A stretch of 64,000 bases of DNA. It comes from Escherichia phage Mangalyan. Under the pieces are notes generated by a model. The model saw nothing but the letters and a program-made list of their open reading frames with translations, was not told the DNA's origin and did not search any database. A program made the translations under genes and the position numbers. Positions 35,696-44,083 of the stretch are shown in pieces (within the stretch, counting starts at the first letter, position 1; each line of letters starts with the position of its first letter). Location: sequence record OR449013. One strand, written 5' to 3'.

Positions 35696-36094
35696 GTGAA
35701 AAATAAACTGTTCAAAGTTACAATGAAAATTCGCGGAGCTTGGAGCGTAAAGCAAGGGCGTATTCCGGAATTTGAGAAAGACTTCTACGTAGTCTCCACC
35801 TCGGAGGAGGCTGCATGCTGGCAGGCTGGCTATGCCTATGCAAGAACCTGGTACGAAGGATACCAGACTGGGGGCTATGACGGAGAAATTGTCAGCAAGG
35901 GTGTAGAAGAAATTAATGTGTTGACAAGTGAAAAAGTTTTTGTTATAGTGCATCCAGATTCCAGAGTGAAGCATTACTGGAATGCCAGAACAAAAACTTG
36001 GACACCGTTTGCAGACTCTGCTACACCACTTTTAAACCAAAAAGCTCTTGACTCTGCCCCGAGCTATGGGGTTGTTGAAGAAAAGCTAAACTGA
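35696..36094 (+). CDS. small protein, paralogue family B (132 aa)
   Basis: VHPDSRVKHYWNARTKTWTPFADSATPLL parallels RHPHSNIAYYWDVLNNEWTPDLQKATVLTPFL in 37904-38299. Confidence 0.6.
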   Translation: MKNKLFKVTMKIRGAWSVKQGRIPEFEKDFYVVSTSEEAACWQAGYAYARTWYEGYQTGGYDGEIVSKGVEEINVLTSEKVFVIVHPDSRVKHYWNARTKTWTPFADSATPLLNQKALDSAPSYGVVEEKLN

Positions 36095-36111
36095 AACAGT
36101 GAGGTGTCACT

Positions 36112-36402
36112 ATGATGGATTTAATTCTAAATATTGATAACGCAGAAGAGGTTAAAGACGATGGTGTAACAAGCATGGACCAACCATGCCCTGCCAAGAT
36201 TGACTCAAAATGGACATATAAGTTTGACGGAGAGATCTCTGCAAATGATGAAAAGGTTGTAGATGCTGCAGCCATTTTGAACGCTCTAGGGTACGACCCT
36301 GTAAATTCTTTGATCAAGGATCCTGTTGAGTTTGCAGAGTATGTTCGAAAAATGGCAGATCTTGCTGTAGATATTTTAAATACTATCGACAACAATCTGT
36401 AA
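36112..36402 (+). CDS. hypothetical acidic protein (96 aa)
   Basis: ATG after GAGGTG. Confidence 0.5.
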   Translation: MMDLILNIDNAEEVKDDGVTSMDQPCPAKIDSKWTYKFDGEISANDEKVVDAAAILNALGYDPVNSLIKDPVEFAEYVRKMADLAVDILNTIDNNL

Positions 36403-36408
36403 AAACTG

Positions 36409-36437
36409 TTGACACAACGCTTCAGCTATAGTATTAT
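36409..36437 (+). promoter_or_regulatory. sigma70-like promoter upstream of hpf homologue
   Basis: TTGACA 36409-36414, 17-bp spacer, TATTAT 36432-36437. Confidence 0.65.
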
Positions 36438-36484
36438 TGTTTTCAAAGAGAGAGTTATTCCCTCTTCTTTAAAAGGAACACGTT

Positions 36485-36802
36485 ATGCAAATTGAGATCA
36501 CTGGCAACGTAGAAATCACCGAAGGTATGGTGTCTTTCATTTCCCACAAAATGTCAAAACTGGAGCGTCTACATCCTTCTGTAAATCATGCACGTGTAAG
36601 TGTAAAAGTTGAAAATGATCACCAGGAAGTTATGGCGTTCATTTTTGACACTTCTGGAAAAGAAGTTATTGCCAAAGCTAAAGGCAGTGATGCTTACGAG
36701 GCAACTGACCGTATGGTAGATGTTGCAGCACGTCAGCTGGCTAAATGCGGTGGAAAGAAAGGTAAAGGGAAAGGAAAAGTAAAGATTGACTTTGGAGAAT
36801 GA
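36485..36802 (+). CDS. hpf: ribosome hibernation promoting factor / RaiA-family protein (HPF homologue)
   Basis: MQIEITGNVEITEGM ... KLERL ... VSVKVE ... GSDAYEATDRMVDVAARQLAK parallels E. coli HPF (MQLNITGNNVEITEAL ... KLARQLTK) over its whole length; Lys/Gly-rich tail. Confidence 0.8.
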   Translation: MQIEITGNVEITEGMVSFISHKMSKLERLHPSVNHARVSVKVENDHQEVMAFIFDTSGKEVIAKAKGSDAYEATDRMVDVAARQLAKCGGKKGKGKGKVKIDFGE

Positions 36803-36939
36803 GGTGCTACAATGGGCGTGATTAAGAAATTAGTCCCAAGTGTATAGATTGCATGCTTTGAAATTATGTTTGCAATCGCAGTTGTAGTTAATGTGTTAGG
36901 TTACGGCTATTAATATCAAATAATTGAGGAGACCTCTAA

Positions 36940-37209
36940 ATGAAAATTAAATTATTCAAAACCGAGCTGGCAGACAAAAACTGTGGACTGGTTGAAGGCA
37001 TGATCGTTGAAGCACAACCAGTGGACTACATGAAGGTAGTTCGTGATGCCTTGGGTGAAGGTTTTGATCTGATGGAACCAGCTCTGCGAGAAGATGTTAT
37101 TGAGATGGCTAAAAAGCACACACCTGAAGGTTTGGTGGTGTTTGTTGCACCTGGTAACGGAGAAGAGTTGATTGTAACCCCTGATGTGTATGAGATTGTA
37201 GAAGAGTAA
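36940..37209 (+). CDS. small acidic protein (89 aa), MKIK-type family
   Basis: GAGGAGAC RBS; starts MKIKLF, ends YEIVEE. Confidence 0.55.
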   Translation: MKIKLFKTELADKNCGLVEGMIVEAQPVDYMKVVRDALGEGFDLMEPALREDVIEMAKKHTPEGLVVFVAPGNGEELIVTPDVYEIVEE

Positions 37210-37303
37210 TCCTGCTCGGATCAGCATACTCCTTCAATAAAAAGAAAAGTTTGTAATTATTTGTGGGAAAGGAGTCCCCATCTCTTGCCAGAGGTGATAC
37301 TAT

Positions 37304-37567
37304 ATGATTATTTATTTTAAAACTTCAGGTGGATACCCTGATTCTCAAAGCTTGATCGGAAAAACGTGCACAGCATACTCACCTCTTGATGAGGAGGTAA
37401 GCGATATCATACGAGATATGTATCGGATTGACCCCCAAGAAGCTTTTGATCAAAACCTTGTATTTGTCAAGGGCTCAGACATGAAGTCTTTGGGAGCATT
37501 TCCTGAAGCAGATGATGATGCCGTTTATTCGTTTATGGCCCCTTTTGAAGCTATGGTTGTTGGGTGA
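37304..37567 (+). CDS. small protein, paralogue family A (87 aa)
   Basis: LIGKTCTAYSP ... VFVKGSDMKSLGAFPE. Confidence 0.55.
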   Translation: MIIYFKTSGGYPDSQSLIGKTCTAYSPLDEEVSDIIRDMYRIDPQEAFDQNLVFVKGSDMKSLGAFPEADDDAVYSFMAPFEAMVVG

Positions 37568-37571
37568 GAAT

Positions 37572-37904
37572 ATGAAAGTACGATTTATTGGTGAAACAAT
37601 TCCTGTGCATCTCCGGTCGCCTGAAGATTCTGCAGATCTTGCATCTCAGAAGGCGAGAGGTTATGATAAGAAAGTAATCTCAACCGATGTAGAACTTGAG
37701 GCTACTAGTTTACCTGACCCTGCTGCATTCTTTAATCATTATGGATACTATTTCAGCAATCTGATGAATATCGGTGAGCTTGTGTTTATTAGTGGTGGAG
37801 AAATTGTCAGCAAGCTTGGCGGCGATCCGGATGTCTTTCATGAAACCTGTCCTTTTGCATTTGTGGTGGGTTCAGATGTGGAAGTTATTGAGGAGGTGCG
37901 GTAA
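37572..37904 (+). CDS. small acidic protein (110 aa), family A-related
   Basis: ATG 37572 after GGGTGAG; MKVRFIGETIP ... FISGGEIVSKLGGDP ... VEVIEEVR. Confidence 0.5.
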   Translation: MKVRFIGETIPVHLRSPEDSADLASQKARGYDKKVISTDVELEATSLPDPAAFFNHYGYYFSNLMNIGELVFISGGEIVSKLGGDPDVFHETCPFAFVVGSDVEVIEEVR

Positions 37905-38299
37905 TGGTAAGCCTATACCGTGTTGAGTATAGCTCAGATACTGTGTACAACGTAAGAAGCAAAGATCGCAGCGACAGAGTGCAAGAAATGTATGTTCTTG
38001 CCGACAGTCAGTTATCTGCAGCGTTCAAGGCAGGGGCTCTTGCATCTCGTTGGAAATTTGAAGGCGGATCTTTCTATGAAGAAACCCTTGAAGATTCTGT
38101 TGTTATTTCTTCTGTAGAGGTTTCAGATGACTACGAAGGGAAAAAGTTCGTAATGCGGCACCCACACAGCAACATTGCGTACTACTGGGATGTTCTGAAC
38201 AACGAGTGGACCCCAGATCTTCAGAAGGCTACTGTGCTAACACCGTTTTTGGCAGATAAGTTCCCACCAGAAGGTAATTTATCCGCACTGTTTCAGTAA
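37904..38299 (+). CDS. small protein, paralogue family B (131 aa)
   Basis: see 35696-36094. Confidence 0.6.
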   Translation: MVSLYRVEYSSDTVYNVRSKDRSDRVQEMYVLADSQLSAAFKAGALASRWKFEGGSFYEETLEDSVVISSVEVSDDYEGKKFVMRHPHSNIAYYWDVLNNEWTPDLQKATVLTPFLADKFPPEGNLSALFQ

Positions 38300-38317
38300 T
38301 TTTCTTGCACACAGGTG

Positions 38318-38346
38318 TTGACAACACCAACCCTGTGTGAAATAAT
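38318..38346 (+). promoter_or_regulatory. sigma70-like promoter
   Basis: TTGACA 38318-38323, 17-bp spacer, AATAAT with upstream TGTGTG. Confidence 0.5.
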
Positions 38347-38375
38347 ACCTTCATCTTAACAAGACAGGAGACTGA

Positions 38376-38636
38376 TTGATGAAGATTAAACTGAAAAACC
38401 TTGAAATGGCAGAGATTCAGGATGGTGTTGATTTCCGCTCTAAAGATGGTGACATCTTAGAGGTAAATCTTCCAACCTACAAGCTGATTAAAGGTTTTGG
38501 CAACGTTCCGGAAGAGGATATTCCAGAAATTCTTATGATGTTGATTCTTGACGGAACTGTGTTTGTAGGTGAAGGTGAGAACGCTATTGCAATCCCAAGC
38601 CATTTTTATGAAGTAGTTGACGAAGAGGTGCTGTAA
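38376..38636 (+). CDS. small acidic protein (86 aa), MKIK-type family
   Basis: AGGAGAC RBS; MMKIKLKNL ... FYEVVDEEVL. Confidence 0.55.
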   Translation: MMKIKLKNLEMAEIQDGVDFRSKDGDILEVNLPTYKLIKGFGNVPEEDIPEILMMLILDGTVFVGEGENAIAIPSHFYEVVDEEVL

Positions 38637-38987
38637 ATGAAAGTAGAAATTACCGGTTTTGATGTGAATGCGGTTCCGGAAGATATTTTATCTAAATTGC
38701 CGGAAGGTTTTGGTAACGGTGTTGTGGTGGACGCTGTTCCTCCTACCAAAGACATTCTGCTGCAGTATGGTGTAGCAGAGGAAGATGTTGATAAAGTTCT
38801 TACAATGATGGCAATCGATCGTGTTGTCGTTGTTAAAGGTCTCGATAATTTTGAGAGTGATCCTCTGATTATTCGTGGAGATGACTACAAAATCATCGAT
38901 AATGAAGGCCAAGAGTTCTATGAGCCTTGTGCAGAAGATATTCTTAACTTATTACTGGAAGCAGGCACCGAAGAGGAGGACGAATAA
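38637..38987 (+). CDS. small acidic protein (116 aa), MKVEI-type
   Basis: ATG one nt after upstream stop; ends EEEDE. Confidence 0.55.
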   Translation: MKVEITGFDVNAVPEDILSKLPEGFGNGVVVDAVPPTKDILLQYGVAEEDVDKVLTMMAIDRVVVVKGLDNFESDPLIIRGDDYKIIDNEGQEFYEPCAEDILNLLLEAGTEEEDE

Positions 38988-39316
38988 TGAAGATTGACCC
39001 GTTACTGAAGGCTCGTGCAGAAAAAGCGTACACCATTAAGCTGACCAACCTAGTTCCTACTTGTCATCCAGATGTAGGTTGGCCCGAAGGTTTGGTGGAA
39101 GGAACTGTAACAGCTGCATACCTTCCTAACATCAAATACCTCATGGAGATCTTAGAGATGGATGAGGAAACTGCAGAACAGTTCCAGTTGGATATGAAAC
39201 AGAGTGGGACTCTGGTTATTCACGGGTGGTATAATACTAAAGATGCAGAAGACCCTCTGGTAACTTCTAATCTGGCATATGAAATCTTAGGGCCTTTGAA
39301 CCTGGAGGAAGACTAA
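38987..39316 (+). CDS. small acidic protein (109 aa)
   Basis: overlapping stop/start ATAATGA; GAGGAGGA upstream. Confidence 0.55.
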   Translation: MKIDPLLKARAEKAYTIKLTNLVPTCHPDVGWPEGLVEGTVTAAYLPNIKYLMEILEMDEETAEQFQLDMKQSGTLVIHGWYNTKDAEDPLVTSNLAYEILGPLNLEED

Positions 39317-39603
39317 TGAAAGATCTGGTTAAGATTAAGATTAAAGATACCAATGGGGAGCTCAGCCATTTTGGAATTAATGATGGTGACGAGCTGATCG
39401 CACACCTGCCTACCAAGGAGGTTGTAAGCAAAGCAGTTGCCGGAGAAGAAGCTGCAATGCAGGCTGCAGGTGTGGATGAAAACTATGTAGCTATGTGCAT
39501 GTGCCGAGATCAGGTTGTTCTGTATAAAGCGTATAGACCAAACGGAGCCACGGAGTGGCTTGTATTCCGACCCGAAGGATATGAAATCTTAGAGGCACTA
39601 TGA
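39316..39603 (+). CDS. small acidic protein (95 aa)
   Basis: overlapping stop/start; GGAGGAAG upstream; ends YEILEAL. Confidence 0.55.
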   Translation: MKDLVKIKIKDTNGELSHFGINDGDELIAHLPTKEVVSKAVAGEEAAMQAAGVDENYVAMCMCRDQVVLYKAYRPNGATEWLVFRPEGYEILEAL

Positions 39604-39692
39604 TAAATCTTGCCAAGGTTGCAACGGCACTGTTAATTATTTGCTGGTCAGTAACCTTAACACTGTGTCTTGTATTTCAGTGAGGTGCTTGT

Positions 39693-39956
39693 ATGAACAT
39701 CCTGATGTGGGTTGTAGCAGTGGCGTTTGTTGCATGTTTTTGCTGCTGGGTTGCGGTGAGGATTTCTGTAGCTACCCTTCGGAAGTTGGGGTTCTCAGAG
39801 TGGGATATTAATATCCTTTCTTTTCGCAATGAAACAATCTCAGCCGCCCTGCTCTGTAAGAAATTCAAGTGGGAACCTTGCGAGGTCATGAACTATCTAA
39901 GAACGGGAGATATCCCTGAAAGATTTAAAAAAGTTCTTGACGACAAGGATAAATGA
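39693..39956 (+). CDS. small membrane protein (87 aa)
   Basis: AGTGAGGTG RBS; N-terminal ILMWVVAVAFVACFCCWVAV. Confidence 0.5.
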   Translation: MNILMWVVAVAFVACFCCWVAVRISVATLRKLGFSEWDINILSFRNETISAALLCKKFKWEPCEVMNYLRTGDIPERFKKVLDDKDK

Positions 39957-39984
39957 TAGTATAGTGACTAACAAGAGGTGAGGA

Positions 39985-40125
39985 ATGACTGATTTTACTG
40001 AAGCTTTAATGATGGCCTTGTCTGTTTTAGCGCTATCGGTGTGTTTTGGGGCGTTATTCACATCTCTGGTTAAAGTTTTACATACAGTATTATTACCCAA
40101 GGAGCGCAGTAATGACGAAGATTGA
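39985..40125 (+). CDS. hydrophobic mini-protein (46 aa)
   Basis: below cutoff; ATG after AGAGGTGAGGA; ALMMALSVLALSVCFGALF. Confidence 0.4.
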   Translation: MTDFTEALMMALSVLALSVCFGALFTSLVKVLHTVLLPKERSNDED

Positions 40126-40363
40126 CTTAAATGCTGGAGACCATGTTGTTGTCAAATGCATCGGAGATTATCTTGGATTCACAATCGGCAATACTTACGA
40201 GGCGGTAGTGGCGAAGGTTTACCATGATAAAGTCCTCAGTCTTGTATTTGACTGCGATGATGATGGGGATGACCGATACGTCTGTGAGGTGCTGGCACGA
40301 GACGATAGTGAAGACCAGAAATTCCTGGTTATTGAACTGAACGGTATTTTTGTAGAACGTTAA
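40112..40363 (+). CDS. hypothetical protein (83 aa)
   Basis: ATG 40112 after CAAGGAGCG; ORF-track start 40046 less likely. Confidence 0.5.
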   Translation: MTKIDLNAGDHVVVKCIGDYLGFTIGNTYEAVVAKVYHDKVLSLVFDCDDDGDDRYVCEVLARDDSEDQKFLVIELNGIFVER

Positions 40364-40391
40364 TTTAAAACAACATAAGGAGACTCTTACT

Positions 40392-40697
40392 ATGGCTAAA
40401 TCTAAAGTTGAACTGTTCACCTCTCTTCCTTCTGACACTGCAGAGCGTGATCGCCTTCGCAAAACAATCGAAGAACTGGTAGAACTCCAACTTCAGATTA
40501 AAGATCTGAAAGATGCCATTAAGGATATCATTCTCGTTGAGAAGCAGGATCACCTGTATTCTCCTAAATTCATCAAATCTCTGGTGGCTACCGAGTTCGA
40601 TATTCGCTATGAGGCTGAAAAACGTCGAGCTAAAATCGAAGAAGAGGTTGAGCACATGTCCGAGGCAGACATTCTGTTCAAACGCTCTGTAGAATAA
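40392..40697 (+). CDS. hypothetical coiled-coil protein (101 aa)
   Basis: ATG after AAGGAGAC; heptad-like charged sequence. Confidence 0.55.
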   Translation: MAKSKVELFTSLPSDTAERDRLRKTIEELVELQLQIKDLKDAIKDIILVEKQDHLYSPKFIKSLVATEFDIRYEAEKRRAKIEEEVEHMSEADILFKRSVE

Positions 40698-40704
40698 TGA
40701 CAAA

Positions 40705-40730
40705 AAGAGGGGCTTGGGCCCCTCTTTTTA
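40705..40730 (+). terminator. rho-independent terminator
   Basis: GAGGGGC TTGG GCCCCTC followed by TTTTT. Confidence 0.75.
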
Positions 40731-40752
40731 CTATCTATGAAGGAGATTTGAG

Positions 40753-41085
40753 ATGGGTATACCGATCACTGTAAAAGAATTGAATGAACGTGATGCAGGT
40801 GGTCTATGGCCTGCACGAAAAATACGCTGCATCCGTATGAAAGAGAACCTTGAGCATCTTGAGCAACAGAAACGGATTGAGGTTGGTGATATTTTCGAAG
40901 TATTTTATTCTGATCGCCGTAACTGGGAAACCATTCAACCTTCCGGTTTTGTTCTTGCTAAGCTTGACACTGGAGAAGTGATTGTTCCTGGGTTGGATAT
41001 TGTCTTCGAAATTATCCAGGAGTGGGATCCGGACAAGATTAGATACGAAGAGCTATTCGGTGAAGGTATTATCAAACCTGTGTGA
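40753..41085 (+). CDS. hypothetical protein (110 aa)
   Basis: ATG after GAAGGAGA. Confidence 0.55.
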   Translation: MGIPITVKELNERDAGGLWPARKIRCIRMKENLEHLEQQKRIEVGDIFEVFYSDRRNWETIQPSGFVLAKLDTGEVIVPGLDIVFEIIQEWDPDKIRYEELFGEGIIKPV

Positions 41086-41393
41086 GGTGGATTATGTCTA
41101 CAAAGGCGGCTAAATACTCCTACATGCCATCAACCTCTGCAGAGGTAGACTTTAGTTTCGATGTGTTTCCACTGTTTGAGGTGGTTCTGGCATACCCAAC
41201 AATACTATCTACTCCTGAATCACTTGTGCCTGTTAAGTTGCAGAACGCTATGCATTCCATGCACTACAACAACAAATGTAGGCACAGATGGTGTCAGGAC
41301 GAGGAAAAAGATTTGGATAGTTTGAGAGATTTTGACAGTCACCTTTTGACACCTTTCAGCTACTCCAACCTTGATAAGCCTTCGTGGGTATAG
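41082..41393 (+). CDS. hypothetical protein (103 aa)
   Basis: ATG after GAGGTGGA, overlaps upstream stop. Confidence 0.5.
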   Translation: MRWIMSTKAAKYSYMPSTSAEVDFSFDVFPLFEVVLAYPTILSTPESLVPVKLQNAMHSMHYNNKCRHRWCQDEEKDLDSLRDFDSHLLTPFSYSNLDKPSWV

Positions 41394-41417
41394 CAAAATA
41401 TCAAATTTAAGACACCT

Positions 41418-41446
41418 AGGACGCTCTGTGGCGTCCTTTTCTTTAT
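41418..41446 (+). terminator. rho-independent terminator
   Basis: AGGACGC TCTGTG GCGTCCT followed by TTTTCTTT. Confidence 0.7.
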
Positions 41447-41616
41447 CTGGTGCACGATTGCATACCTTGGGCAGTTAATCTCATTACAGAGCGTTTAAGA
41501 GCTCCCTACAAACAACTCCATATTTCGAGCGTAGCGAGAACGCACGTCCGTTTTGACCCAAATCACCATACGCTCGGATTTTAACCAAACCCTCGCGGCG
41601 TTTCTGTTGACACATT

Positions 41617-41645
41617 ACCGATCCAGTGATAGTATCCACACATAG
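41617..41645 (+). promoter_or_regulatory. sigma70-like promoter
   Basis: TTGACA 41617-41622, 17-bp spacer, TAGTAT 41640-41645. Confidence 0.55.
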
Positions 41646-41667
41646 TTTGTAGAATATGGAGTACACA

Positions 41668-41757
41668 ATGAGAACATTGTCCGAAGTTTTAGTGGTGATC
41701 CTGATGATCATTACGTCCATAGCGGCTGTTGCCGGAATACTCACGGGTGGAACATGA
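41668..41757 (+). CDS. hydrophobic mini-protein (29 aa)
   Basis: below cutoff; ATG 8 nt after GGAG; MRTLSEVLVVILMIITSIAAVAGILTGGT. Confidence 0.35.
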   Translation: MRTLSEVLVVILMIITSIAAVAGILTGGT

Positions 41758-41966
41758 TAAACACACATGCATCTGAAGAGACATCCAAAGGAGTGACTAT
41801 ATGTCCCTTGGCTGAGCCAGTGAAAGAGGAAAACTTAGATTCTGAAGATTCTCCATCTTCGCTCCAGGTAGATCCTGAGGCTGATGACCTAACGTGGGAA
41901 GACATCGTAGACATCTGGTTCTCCATTATGCCTGAGCACGAAGAGTTCAGAGGTGGTAGACTATGA
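41754..41966 (+). CDS. hypothetical acidic protein (70 aa)
   Basis: ORF only; weak RBS. Confidence 0.3.
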   Translation: MINTHASEETSKGVTICPLAEPVKEENLDSEDSPSSLQVDPEADDLTWEDIVDIWFSIMPEHEEFRGGRL

Positions 41967-42087
41967 AGCACCGAGCCCACACAGGTTCCTCATGCTAAAG
42001 CATGGCCTGAAGAGGCAAACGTGTATAATTCCTGTGCATTAGAACGTATAAAACCCTGTTCACACTTTCATTCCCAGAGGAGATTTT

Positions 42088-42303
42088 ATGAAGATAGAGA
42101 TATTTGGTGGAGCTGACAACACTCGTGGCCTGATTTACCTTGAATTCGATGAATCATACCTGCCAGAGGTGTTAAATATGGACTCTGTTGCTGAGGCTTT
42201 GGGAGTAAGTCCTAAAGATCTCCACTCTGGTGCTGAGATTGATGGTTGGGAGGAGACCATGAACATCGATTTCAGTGAAGTAGGGGATGAACCACTGGAC
42301 TGA
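42088..42303 (+). CDS. small acidic protein (71 aa), MKIEI-type
   Basis: ATG after CAGAGGAG; last rightward gene. Confidence 0.55.
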   Translation: MKIEIFGGADNTRGLIYLEFDESYLPEVLNMDSVAEALGVSPKDLHSGAEIDGWEETMNIDFSEVGDEPLD

Positions 42304-42430
42304 CACACAATTAGTTGCCCGGCTAAAGTGCTGGGAGCACCCATAACACATCTTTCAACTAAATTTTCTACCACCACAATCACTTACCTCCCACACATGA
42401 CTGTTTGCTTGTTTAGTGAGCAGTCATGCC

Positions 42431-42458
42431 TTGACATTCTTGCCTATCCTGATAAAAT
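42431..42458 (+). promoter_or_regulatory. candidate sigma70-like promoter at entry to ORF-free zone
   Basis: TTGACA 42431-42436, 16-bp spacer, TAAAAT 42453-42458; no ORF downstream. Confidence 0.4.
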
Positions 42459-42654
42459 TAAGTTCTTCTCTTTTCTTTTACCGAGTAATTCGGGTTTTCT
42501 GTTCTCTTCGGTTTGAAGGGGTATGGAGATACACCTGAGTGAACAGGGTGAACAACCGAACCATTGGCTATGGCATTAGCATGGCGAAGCGGACGGGTGA
42601 CGAAAGAGGGGCCGGAGGACACCAGTCACTGCCATATGATATATGGGTGATAAC

Positions 42655-43193
42655 CTGAAGAGTCTGAATAAGTGTTTAAGTACCAGTCAGAGGAAAAGGT
42701 GAATGGTAGCCGAAGGGGGAGGGGGGTTACCTGCTTCTGTAAACATGCATCTGAAATACTACTTTAGATAACCTGAACCTGCCTTTCTGACAAATATTCC
42801 CTATTAAACTTGAATTATTTATAGAAAATACCACAACACCACTTAAGTCTTTGATTTTACACACAAATCTTACAGATATTAAACCTCTCTATTTAACATA
42901 CCTGTAACATATACTATACTCCACCTGTCTGATCAATTTCCCCAACTACATCCCCATATTTTCCCTGTCTGTACTACCCCTGCCCCGCCGGGAGTCCCGT
43001 CATATCTGGCTTTCCAGCAAATATCACACCCACAAATATCATCACCTGAAGAGGGTTTCATCCCATAATACATGCCTTACCTGAAGAGCGCTTCATACAC
43101 CACATAAATTTTTTAATTGACCCCCTCCCCGCCGCCGGAGAGGTTGGCTTTTCCCACACAGACCTGGAGAGTCAGCCAGAAATATCTGAAGAG
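42655..43193. repeat. four dispersed copies of about 15-bp motif CCTGAAGAG(G/C)G(T/C)TTCA
   Basis: CTGAAGAG at about 42655, 43046, 43081, 43186. Confidence 0.7.
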
Positions 43194-43750
43194 GGTCTAG
43201 TTCTGCCCTGTCATAAGCGGTAGCGACTGGAGTGCTGCTAGGCGGACGAAATGGGAATACTTCTCATTCTTATAACAATTCTCAAATATCGAGGCAGTGA
43301 GGCAAATTAATAGGTGAGGCCGTTCACACAGTGGCACAACATTTGCAACCTATCTTGTGGGATTGAATGAGAATACCTATCATTGTGAGAACTGTTATCA
43401 TTACGGGCAATTTAACATAATACCCATTATGCGCACCACTGGCGATACATACAGGGATTGATAACATGGGTTACTGTTTACGCACATAACAATTATATTT
43501 CTTACTATTTGTGTGGGATATAGTTAGCAGCCGATAGATTAGATATTAACCTGCAGACTTCTGACCGTCCAGACGTCTAAACGCCCACACACCAAGGATT
43601 ATACATACACTCCTGAATGTAAACAGGGCCGCAAAAATGCTACCATACAAGCTTGTAAATTTTTCATGCAGCACTTGACAAAGAGGAGAAAAACTTGTCT
43701 GACATAATGTGACCTAACTGACACAACATGACACTTTTACACACCTATTA

Positions 43751-43820
43751 GTTTACACACTGGATTGTTTACATTCCTGATTGTTCACATGCTAACCATT
43801 TACATGATTGACTGTTTACA
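43751..43820. repeat. iteron-like array: five copies of GTTTACA (variants GTTCACA, ATTTACA) at 15-16 bp spacing
   Basis: copies starting about 43751, 43767, 43783, 43798, 43814. Confidence 0.75.
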
Positions 43821-43833
43821 CACCGATAATCAG

Positions 43834-44083
43834 CCATGCCATTCGTTTGCATGACAATAATTATACATGACAATAATCGCACTGATCATAATTAGCATGA
43901 CATAATATAAAAGCAGGGCAACTATTAGCAGATCTATAGTTGCCTTGCTTGTTATGTCATGATTAACTAAATACAAGGCAACTATGATCTGATTAATAGT
44001 TTGCAGACAAACTATCACGGGGGTGATGGTTACTGCTTTTATATTATGTCGCGACTCCGTCGCGCCATGCCATTCGTTTGCAT
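43834..44083. repeat. direct 19-bp repeat CCATGCCATTCGTTTGCAT (two copies) flanking inverted repeats GGCAACTAT / ATAGTTGCC
   Basis: 19-mer at 43834-43852 and 44065-44083; palindrome arms at 43917-43925 / 43936-43944; second related palindrome about 43977-44005. Confidence 0.7.

Noticed and set aside
41484-41980. minus-strand ORFs (94 and 79 aa)
   Set aside because: Lie across a + strand terminator and promoter with leader; opposite to local transcription; no RBS
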